Below are positions 8,410 to 17,100 of a stretch of DNA of 64,000 nucleotides, piece after piece. Source of the stretch: Lysobacterales bacterium. GTDB lineage: Bacteria; Pseudomonadota; Gammaproteobacteria; Xanthomonadales; SZUA-38. Where the stretch lies: the NCBI GenBank assembly GCA_033722075.1, contig JAWVZU010000001.1:129-64128 (forward strand). The letters run 5' to 3'. The number at the start of each line of letters is the position of its first letter. Position 1 is the first letter of the stretch. The notes beneath the pieces were generated by a model, which did not search any database, was not told the DNA's origin, and saw only the letters and a program-made list of their open reading frames with translations. The position numbers were made by a program, and so were the translations under genes.

Positions 8410-9225
8410 TCAATCACTCGCTTCGACCTGGAAGACGCGCCGCGTATCCTGGACATCGACTGCGGTGAGGGCGCCGCCCCAGACATAGCCCGTGTCCAGC
8501 CCCACTACACCCGAATCGCGGTACAGACCCAGCGCCGACCAATGGCCGAAGAAGATGGTGTGCGGCCAGGCTGTCCGGTCGGGCACCTCGTACCAGGGAT
8601 AGAATCCGTCCGGTTGTGTGCCCGGTGGGCCCTTGGCCCCGAACGCGATGTGCCCGTCGCGGTCACAGCAGCGCATCCGGGTCAGCACCGCCAATATCGT
8701 TCGCCACCGAACCGGGCCGGTGAAACCCGGATCGAACCGGTCCGGCTGCTTGCCGTACATCTGTTCCAGCAGTTCGTCGAAGCGGTCGCCCCGCAATGCC
8801 GACTCGACCTCGCCGGCCAGCTGGCGTGCCTTTGCCGGGGTCCAATCGGGTGCAATGCCGGCGTGAACCAGGGCAGCCTGCTTCTGGTCGTCGACGTGCA
8901 GCAGCGGACGCCGCCTCAACCAATCGAGCAATTCATCGCCGTCCGGCGCTTCGAAGATCGTCTTGAATTCGGGATTCGACTTGCGCTTTGCCGGCGGCTT
9001 TCGCCACTGGGCGAGAAGATGCAGATCGTGATTGCCGAGCACGACCAGGGCACTCGATCCAAGATCGCGGACCAGGCGGAGCACCTCGAGCGAGGCACCG
9101 CCGCGGTTCACCAGATCCCCGCAGAACCACAGGCGGTCCCCCGCCGGATCAAAGCGAAGCTTGTCCAGCAGGCGCTGGAGCGGTTCGAGAAAACCCTGGA
9201 TGTCCCCGATGGCGTAGATGCTCAC
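8410..9225 (-). CDS. apaH: Bis(5'-nucleosyl)-tetraphosphatase, symmetrical
   Basis: 271 aa with the metallophosphoesterase motifs IGDIQG, CGDLVNRG and GNHDLHLL. Confidence 0.92.
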   Translation of the reverse strand: MSIYAIGDIQGFLEPLQRLLDKLRFDPAGDRLWFCGDLVNRGGASLEVLRLVRDLGSSALVVLGNHDLHLLAQWRKPPAKRKSNPEFKTIFEAPDGDELLDWLRRRPLLHVDDQKQAALVHAGIAPDWTPAKARQLAGEVESALRGDRFDELLEQMYGKQPDRFDPGFTGPVRWRTILAVLTRMRCCDRDGHIAFGAKGPPGTQPDGFYPWYEVPDRTAWPHTIFFGHWSALGLYRDSGVVGLDTGYVWGGALTAVDVQDTRRVFQVEASD

Positions 9226-9245
9226 CGGGGCAGATTATAAGCGCT

Positions 9246-11102
9246 TCAGGGCGACGTGGCTTCCTGGGCCATCAGCGACGTGGGCGATTCCGAGCGGCAG
9301 ATTCGCGTTCCCGTCAGCGGCTGGCACTCCCGGACGCCGGAAAAACTTCCTTCGCCGGCGCTCAGGTTGAAATCGAAGCGCTGGGAGATGCGATCGACAT
9401 CCGCGGCGGCCACACTCGCGGTGTCAAAGCGCCATTGCTTGATCGCCCGCAGCGCGGCCCGGTCGAAAACGCGTCGCGGCCGACTGTCCACGATCTCGAT
9501 TTCCGTCGGCCTGCCCTCGGCGTTGATCGCGAACGCGACCTCGACGTAACCCTTCTGCCCGGACAGCCGCGCGCGCACCGGATACTCCGGAGAAACGCGC
9601 ACCAGCACCTCGGGACCCGGATCGACGGGCCTGGCTTCAGGTTGTCGAATCCGTTCGCCCGTCACGAGCAGATTTGCCGGGCGCGGGATGTCGAGCTCCG
9701 GCTGCGTGGAAAGAAACGGCTTGCTCCGTGCGCTTTCGACCACCTGCGGGTCGGCGATGGCCCGCTCGCTGGCCTGGCGACCGGATTGCGGTTCGGCGGA
9801 AGCCGCCGCCCCACTCACATCGGCAGGCGGCGCCGGCGCCTCACGGGTTTCGGTCACCACGGATTGCGCCACGGGCTCCTCGGCAGGCTCGGCCACGACC
9901 TTCACCCTATCGACCGGAGCCGGCTCCGGCTCGTCCTCGACTACCGACACACGGGCGTTCTCGAGCGGCGCAAGCAGAGCCTCCGAGTGCTGAGGCACCG
10001 TGGCAAGCAGCAATTCGTTGACCAGCGCATCACCGATCCGGGCTCGCTGCGCTTCGAAAGCGCCCAGCGGGTCCGCAAAGCGACCGGTCACCACAACGGT
10101 CAGACCCACGATGACCAGGAACAAGGTGTTGCCGGCAACGGCGTCGCGCGGTTCGGCCGCATGGTTGCAGACGATGCGCTCGATGCGTTCGAACAGTTGA
10201 CCGTCGGTAGCGGCCAGCGCGGGCACGACGTCCCCGGAACGGATCGATTCGAGATTGGTCAGGGCCTTGGCATACTCCAGCCGGTTTCCGCAGGTCTCCA
10301 CGACCAGATCGTCACAGCACTTCTCCCGCTCCTCGCGCACCCGGCGCGAAATCCACCCGACCACCGGGTGATAGAACAGCGCCGTTTCCACACAGACCTG
10401 AACCAGGTTGACCAGGTAATCCCAGCGGCGGACATGGCTCAACTCGTGGGCGATGACGAGTTCCAGCTGACGGGGCGAGAGGCCGATCAGGCTGGCCGTC
10501 GGCAAGAGGATGACTGGCTTTAACCATCCCATCACCGTGGGCACTTCGACAAGCGTGGATTCGAGAATGGAGACGGCCCGTTGAATCCCGAACAGCTCGC
10601 GCAAGGCAGCGGCCTTGTCCAGGAGAAGCTGGCTGGGCTGGCGGACACCGATGCGGGTCAGCTGACGCATGCGACGCCACTTTACGAACACCCGGGTCGA
10701 ATGAAGCGAAACGCCCAGGGCCCAGGCGGCCACGACCCAGGGAAGAAACCGCTCGATCATCCCGGCCCAGGAGAATGCGGATTCCGGATCGGCGGAGCCG
10801 AGCATCGAGCCGACGCCCATGGCGCCGAGCGCGTAGGACTCGGCGACGCCCGACTGTTCGATCCCGGGAAATACGATGAAGAAAGTGACGACGGGCGCGG
10901 CTGCCAGCGCGCCCATGGAGGCCAGACCTATCCAGTAACGCGGCGCCGGTGCGCCGTTTCGCAACAGACGCATGCTCAGCGCGAAAAATGCGCCAATGGC
11001 GGCTCCCTGCCACAGGAAATGGATCAGGGCCCATCCGAGGGCCTGAACAAAGACGTTCAGTGCATCCCAGTCGAGGAACATGGCTCCTCCGTCAAAATTC
11101 AA
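9246..11102 (-). CDS. BlaR1/M56-family membrane sensor-peptidase with a TonB C-terminal domain
   Basis: 618 aa. N-terminal TM segments, HELSHVRRWD (M56 HExxH), an Ala/Pro/Glu-rich linker, and a C-terminal PEYPVRARLSGQKGYVEVAFAINAEGRPTEIEIV TonB-C fold signature. Confidence 0.85.
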   Translation of the reverse strand: MNFDGGAMFLDWDALNVFVQALGWALIHFLWQGAAIGAFFALSMRLLRNGAPAPRYWIGLASMGALAAAPVVTFFIVFPGIEQSGVAESYALGAMGVGSMLGSADPESAFSWAGMIERFLPWVVAAWALGVSLHSTRVFVKWRRMRQLTRIGVRQPSQLLLDKAAALRELFGIQRAVSILESTLVEVPTVMGWLKPVILLPTASLIGLSPRQLELVIAHELSHVRRWDYLVNLVQVCVETALFYHPVVGWISRRVREEREKCCDDLVVETCGNRLEYAKALTNLESIRSGDVVPALAATDGQLFERIERIVCNHAAEPRDAVAGNTLFLVIVGLTVVVTGRFADPLGAFEAQRARIGDALVNELLLATVPQHSEALLAPLENARVSVVEDEPEPAPVDRVKVVAEPAEEPVAQSVVTETREAPAPPADVSGAAASAEPQSGRQASERAIADPQVVESARSKPFLSTQPELDIPRPANLLVTGERIRQPEARPVDPGPEVLVRVSPEYPVRARLSGQKGYVEVAFAINAEGRPTEIEIVDSRPRRVFDRAALRAIKQWRFDTASVAAADVDRISQRFDFNLSAGEGSFSGVRECQPLTGTRICRSESPTSLMAQEATSP

Positions 11103-11105
11103 CCG

Positions 11106-11507
11106 TTACCTGGACTCCTTCTCGAGCTCCTCGATCAACTGGCGGATCTTGGCCAGTTCGCCTTTCGAGGTGCCCTTGGTATTGCCCAGGGCGTGCAGCA
11201 CGAGTTCCGAGGGGGACCCGTCGAACACGCGAGTAACCAGATCAGTCACGAACTGATGCTGGGTGTAATCCTTGCTCATGGAGGGCTGATAAATGTGCGC
11301 CCGCTGGGAATCGTCCCGCTCCACCAGGCCCTTCGCATGCATGACCTGCAACAGCTTCAGAGCGGTCGTGTAACCGGTCGGCTCCTCAGCGTTCATCACT
11401 TCATGCACTTCCCGCACGGTACTCGGCCCCTTGTCCCAGAGGATCCGGAGGATTCCGAGTTCCGCTTCGGTCGGGCGTGGCAGTCCCTTCATCGTCGCTT
11501 TTCTCAT
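11106..11507 (-). CDS. BlaI/MecI/CopY-family transcriptional repressor
   Basis: LPRPTEAELGILRILWDKGPSTVREVHEVM is a winged-helix BlaI-type N-terminus. I moved the start to MRKATMKG (11507). It lies 3 nt upstream of the M56 sensor gene. Confidence 0.85.
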   Translation of the reverse strand: MRKATMKGLPRPTEAELGILRILWDKGPSTVREVHEVMNAEEPTGYTTALKLLQVMHAKGLVERDDSQRAHIYQPSMSKDYTQHQFVTDLVTRVFDGSPSELVLHALGNTKGTSKGELAKIRQLIEELEKESR

Positions 11508-11642
11508 CTGCGCATTCTCCGCGCCAACAGTGTTGTCGCGAGAGTATAAACCATCCACGATCCGTATCGTACGTGCCCGCTCGTTTTGATGCCTATCCCG
11601 AAAGTAAGGCAACAAATTACGGCCCGGCCCTTCACTTTAGAC

Positions 11643-13643
11643 TCAGAAAGGCGCGGAAGCGTTGCAATGCTGTTCGTTCAGGAATTGGGCCACGGCCTCG
11701 AGATCCGACACCAGCGGGAGGTCCGGGAGGCTGCGCAGAAACACGCGCCCGTAGCCCCGGCTGGTCAGCCGCGGGTCGCCGATCACGACGATGCCATAGT
11801 CGCTCTCGCTGCGGATCAACCGACCGAAACCCTGCTTGAGCGTGAGCACGGCCTGGGGCAGCTGTTCCTCCCGAAACGGGTCGCCGCCGGCTTCCCGGAT
11901 CCGCCGGATGCGTCCCTGCAGGATCGGATCGTCGGGGGAAGAGAAAGGCAGCTTGTCGATAACGACGCAGCGCAGCGAATCGCCGACCACGTCCACCCCT
12001 TCCCAGAAGCTGGCCGCCCCCAGCAACAGGGCACCGGGAGTCTGTTTGAATCTCTCCAGCAGGCGGTGGCGCGAATCTTCCCCCTGCACCAGCAGGGGCC
12101 AGCGACCCATGTTCTTCAGGCGCACGGCCGCATAGCGCAGGTTGCGGTGACTGGTGAACAGCAGGAATGCTCCTCCGTCGGTCAAAGACAGCACCGGCAC
12201 CACGGCCGCCAGGAGCCGATCGACGAAGTCGCTTGCGGACGGATCGGGCATGCCGGAAGGCTGGAACAGCAGGGCGCGCCGAGCATAATCGAAGGGGCTG
12301 TCCGCCTTGAGGCACTGGGGGTCGTCCAGTCCGAGCCGCCGATTGAACAGGTCGAAGCGACCGTCCGCAGCCAGGGTGGCTGAGGTGAAGACCCACGCCG
12401 CCTCCGTGCGCGACCGGTAGCCCCGCATCTCTTCGGCGATCTCGACCGGCGAAAGGTGCAGCGAGAAACCGCGACCCGCGGCCTCGTACCAGGCGATGAA
12501 ATCCGGATCTCCCGCTTCGATGGCGGCCAGACGGTCGAGGTGGGCACGGGTACGCCGCCAGCACGATTCGGTTCCCGGCGAGGCCTCGGCGAGGCCACTC
12601 AGCGCAGATGCCACCACGTCCAGGGCGTCGCGAACCTGGTTCAGCGCCTCCGCTGCCGGCCCCTCGTTGACCCAGGACCCCCGAGGCGGCAGGCGCTCCA
12701 GGGCCAGCCGGAATACCTTGGCAGACTGGCGCAGTTGATCCACCGGAGCCTGGACTACCCCCAGACCGCCCGGCACTTCGCCGGATTCCCTGAGGACGTC
12801 ATCCGCCAGGTCCCGAAGCATGCGCGACGAGAGACTCTGGCCGAAGAACAGGGTCGCCGTCTCCGGCACCCGATGGGCCTCGTCGATCACCACCACGTCA
12901 GCCTCGGGCAGGAGCTCACCAAAGCCGTCACGCTTGAGCGCCATGTCGGCAAACAGCAGGTGATGATTGACCACCACCACGTCCGCCGCCATCGCCCGGT
13001 GACGCGCCTGCACGAGGAAACAGTCCTCGAAGAAGGGGCATTCCTGCCCGAGGCAGTTCTCGGATGTCGAGGTGACCAGGGCCTGCCAGCCGCCGGTCTC
13101 CGCATCGCCGAACTCCGACAGGTCACCGGAACGGGTTTCTGCCGACCACCGGTCCAACCGGTCGAACAGGCGGAGCATGGCGGGGGACGGCTTCCCGCTT
13201 TCCCGACGGGCGCGGTCCAGGCGGTACAGGCAAAGGTAGTTTGCCCGCCCCTTCAGCAGGGCGGTTCGTGGGCGAATGCCGAGCACTTCGCTGATCGCCG
13301 GAAGATCCCGCTCGAACAGCTGATCCTGCAGTGTCTTCGTCCCGGTGGAAATCAGCGCTTTGGCGCCGCTGGTCAGGACGGGCGTGAGGTAGGCGAAGGT
13401 CTTGCCGATGCCGGTCCCGGCTTCGGCGACCAGGGTGGCGCGTTCGGCGATCGCCGTCTCGATGGCTTCGGCCAGGTTCTGCTGCCCCTGGCGAATCCGG
13501 AAACCGGAAAGGTGCGTAGCAAAAGGACCCGACTCACCCAGCAGCCGGCGCGCGTCGCCGCTCTCTTCAGAGCCGCTCACGGGCGCGCACGGGACAGGCT
13601 TCCGCCCGCTCACTGGCCGCAGATGCGAGATGGGCGTTTTCAA
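11643..13643 (-). CDS. DinG/YoaA-family ATP-dependent DNA helicase
   Basis: Walker A AEAGTGIGKTFAY, DEAH box VVIDEAHRV, and Cys cluster CLGQECPFFEDC (Fe-S type). The start is uncertain: TTG at 13643 or GTG at 13580. Either choice overlaps the upstream gene's stop. Confidence 0.85.
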   Translation of the reverse strand: MKTPISHLRPVSGRKPVPCAPVSGSEESGDARRLLGESGPFATHLSGFRIRQGQQNLAEAIETAIAERATLVAEAGTGIGKTFAYLTPVLTSGAKALISTGTKTLQDQLFERDLPAISEVLGIRPRTALLKGRANYLCLYRLDRARRESGKPSPAMLRLFDRLDRWSAETRSGDLSEFGDAETGGWQALVTSTSENCLGQECPFFEDCFLVQARHRAMAADVVVVNHHLLFADMALKRDGFGELLPEADVVVIDEAHRVPETATLFFGQSLSSRMLRDLADDVLRESGEVPGGLGVVQAPVDQLRQSAKVFRLALERLPPRGSWVNEGPAAEALNQVRDALDVVASALSGLAEASPGTESCWRRTRAHLDRLAAIEAGDPDFIAWYEAAGRGFSLHLSPVEIAEEMRGYRSRTEAAWVFTSATLAADGRFDLFNRRLGLDDPQCLKADSPFDYARRALLFQPSGMPDPSASDFVDRLLAAVVPVLSLTDGGAFLLFTSHRNLRYAAVRLKNMGRWPLLVQGEDSRHRLLERFKQTPGALLLGAASFWEGVDVVGDSLRCVVIDKLPFSSPDDPILQGRIRRIREAGGDPFREEQLPQAVLTLKQGFGRLIRSESDYGIVVIGDPRLTSRGYGRVFLRSLPDLPLVSDLEAVAQFLNEQHCNASAPF

Positions 13644-14061
13644 GGGCGGATTGGGCTTCGGCCACGGTGAGCCAGTTTCGGGAACACAGGGGACCCACCT
13701 GCGGGCCGAGGTGGAAGGACTTCAGGGCGTGCTCGATGGCGGCTTGAAAAGCCCCGGTCTCGAGTTCGATCTCTGCCAGGTGCTGCCAGATCCGCGGATC
13801 TCGCGGCGCCAGGTCGGCCGCCTGGATGAGCAGCCGCCGGGCCTCTTCGAGTTCGCCCCGGGCTTCGGCGGCATTGGCGCGTTCCAGCAGGATCTGCACA
13901 TCGCCGTCCGCAAGAGGCACCACCTCGATCACGCCGTCATCCTGGCGCGCCTGCGCGCGGATTTCTTCTGCCGCCTCTTCGTTGATCACGGGGGGCGGCT
14001 CGGTGGTGGCACAGGCGATCAGCGTCAGCGCCGCGAGGAAAATGGTCAGGTTCTTCCACAT
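13567..14061 (-). CDS. TPR-like lipoprotein (164 aa)
   Basis: I re-picked the start at MWKNLTIFLAALTLIACATT (signal peptide plus lipobox). Helical repeats with AEARGELEEARRLL and WQHLAEIELETGAFQAA look TPR-like. Confidence 0.6.
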   Translation of the reverse strand: MWKNLTIFLAALTLIACATTEPPPVINEEAAEEIRAQARQDDGVIEVVPLADGDVQILLERANAAEARGELEEARRLLIQAADLAPRDPRIWQHLAEIELETGAFQAAIEHALKSFHLGPQVGPLCSRNWLTVAEAQSALENAHLASAASERAEACPVRARERL

Positions 14062-14186
14062 GGGCGCGTAATGTACCAGATGCTGCCCGCGCTCCGACAC
14101 AACGACAACGGGCTTCGGGATGACAGCGCGGGGACAAAACGGCGATAATTCGCGGCCCGATTCCCAACTGGACGACATTCCCGACC

Positions 14187-17100
14187 TTGAGCGGTATTGC
14201 GCGCGAAGCCCCCCTGCTGTGCGTGTGGGGCGGAGAACCCCCACCGTCGCTGGCTGAATCCGGCAAGCTGGAAGTGCTGCAAGCGCCAGCGGAGCTGGGC
14301 CCGCTGGACGCGCTGCGCTGGGCATTCGAGCAATCCGGTGCTCGCGGCGTCGTGCTGGCCGGGGCCAGGGCGACAATCCCTTCCCACTGGTGGGATAGGT
14401 TGTCCGGCGCCGAACGACTCGATACGACGGCCGATGCGGTCACTGCGCTGGATCCTTCGGTTCCCGAGCTGAACCCGGCCCGGGAGAGGACCAGTGACGC
14501 GGCGATCTACCTCCTGTCCGACCGTTCCTTCTTCCCGCAGCGAGCCGCCAGCCCGAACCTCAGCTGGTGGTTGCGCCGGCCGGAGCGTCTCGACGAGGCT
14601 AAGAACTGGGCGGAGCTCGTCAGCGGCCGCGCGCGCATCCTGACCTGCGATCACTGTCTGGTCGATGTCGCGGAGATCGCCGGGACCGGGGGAACGGCGC
14701 TGGACCCACTGCGGCGCCGAATCCAATCGCTGCCGGCAGGAACCGCCGCCGGCATCTCGGGCTATCCCGGAGTCGACGGCCTGCCGGTCTGCCTGCACAT
14801 ACTCCATTCCTGGGGTGGCGGCGTGGCGCGCTGGGTGGCGGACTACGCCGCGGCAACAGGCGATCGCCACCACCTGGCGTTGATCGCCGTCGGGGACGAA
14901 ATGGGCGAGGACTGCGGGCGACAACTGGCCTTGTGCGCGGGCGGCGCGACGGAGGACCGCGCCATCGTGCGCTGGCCCCTGACCCAGTCGCTCCGGGCGA
15001 CCGAGGTCCATCACCCCGAGTACGAGGCGGTCCTCACCCAGCTCATCCGGGACTTCTCGGTCGGCCAGCTGATCATCTCCTCGCTGATCGGCCACAGCCT
15101 CGACGCGCTGGACGCGGGTCTCCCGACGCTGGTCGTCATGCACGACTATTACCCCGCATGGCCCCGGCTGGACATCAACTTCGAGGCGGACGAAGGCCCG
15201 TTCACGACGGACCGGCTGGCCGAGGAGCCGCCGACACAGCGCCTGAAGGACCTTACGCCAGAGCACTGGGAGAACGTCGCCGACGCCTATCGGCAGGCGC
15301 TCCACAAACCTCGCGTGAAGCTCGTCGCGCCGGATGAATCCATCGCTGCCAACCTGAAACGACTTGATCCGGCGTACGGCGAATTAAACGTCCGGGTGAT
15401 TCCCCACGGGCATCGGTCCCTCGACGCAACGTATCGCTATCAGCCTCGCGACATGATCGATCGCCTGAGGATCGTGGTGCCCGGTCGGATCAGCCCCAAC
15501 AAGGGCAAGCAACTGCTTCTCGACGCGCTCCCCAGGCTGCGGGACCACGCGGATCTCTATCTGCTCGGCAGTGGCTCGGACGGGGAGGATTTCTTCGGCT
15601 TGAGCGGCGTTCATGTCCTCCTCGACTATGACCGGAATGATCTGCCTGAGCTTTTGCAGGCAATCCAGCCCGACCTGGCTTTGCTGCCGTCGCTCACCTC
15701 CGAGACCTTCAGCTACACGCTGAGCGAGTTCTGGTCCCTGGGCGTACCGGTCCTGGCCGCCCGCGTCGGCGCCCTGGCCAATCGCATCGAACCGGACGAG
15801 ACCGGCTGGCTGTTCGAGCCGCAACCGGACCCGATGGTCGCGGCCATCGAGGCCCTGGGACCCGAAGAACTGGCCCATGTCGCCGAGAAGGTCCGGACCA
15901 TCACGCTCCCGGACCTCGGCGACATGGGCGCGGCCTACGACCGGCTCCAGGCGCCCCTCGATCCTGCGCCGTATTCACCGAAACTCTTCGACCCGGACCG
16001 GCTGCGCAACATCGAAGCCGCAACGGAACTGCTGCGCCTGAGCGACGAGGCCCAACGCCAGCGGGCTGCGATTCGCGATCTGCGCAAGGAGCTGCAAACG
16101 CGGGGCGAATGGGGTTTCGAGCTGGATCGTCGCCTGGCGCGGAGAACGGCATGGGCGAAGTCCCTCGAGGCCGACCTGGAAAAGGCACGGGCTCGCGTGG
16201 AAGCGCAGGACAGCGAACTGGCAGAGCGCACCGAGTGGGCCCTGAAGCTCGATGCCGAACTGAACGATCTTCGCCGTGAAGCGCAGGAGAAGCTGGACGA
16301 GGCCTGGGAGGAGATCGGTCGCCTGCGCGCCGTCGAGGAACACTACGAACAGATCATCGCCAGCCGGAGCTGGAAGCTGACCAAACCGCTGCGGTTTGCG
16401 GCGCGGCTCACCCGTCGGGCGCTGGGCATCGCAACCGGCCGGGGCGGCAAGGTCGTCCACCTCGGCCGGCGCACCCGGCAGAGCCTGCGGGTCCGCGGCG
16501 TCCGCGGTACGGCCCGACGCATCGGCCAGGAATTCCGCGGCAAATCGGCCCCGGTGCTGAAACCGCCGTCGGCGCGCCTGACGGAACAGTTCGATCCGCT
16601 GGAATTTCCGACCGTCGAGCAACCCCAGGTGTCGGTGATCATCCCGGTCCACAACCATTTCGAACATACCTACGCCTGCCTCCAGTCGCTGCTCGAGACG
16701 AGCAACGAGGCCTCCTTCGAGGTGGTGATCGTCGACGATGCCTCGACCGACCGAACCGGCGAGTTGCTGCCGCGCATCAGCGGTATTCAAACGCTGGTCA
16801 ACGAGGAAAATCTCGGCTTCATCGGTACCTGTAACCGGGGCGCAGCCCATGCCCGCGGCGACCACCTCGTTTTTCTCAACAACGACACGGCGGTTTCCGA
16901 CGGCTGGCTGGACGCGTTGCTCGGGACTTTCGAAAGCCATCCGGATGCGGGCCTCGTCGGTGCGCGCCTGGTCTACCCCGACGGCCGCCTGCAGGAAGCC
17001 GGGGGCATCGTCTTCTCGGACGGATCCGGCTGGAACTACGGGCGTTTCGAAGATCCCAGCCATCCGGCCTACAACTTCGTCCGGGAAGCCGATTACTGCT

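Noticed and set aside
8988-10523. 511-aa ORF on the + strand (also 8296-9240 +)
   Set aside because: Antisense to apaH and the BlaR1-like gene. It has no motifs and an Arg/Gly/Pro bias.
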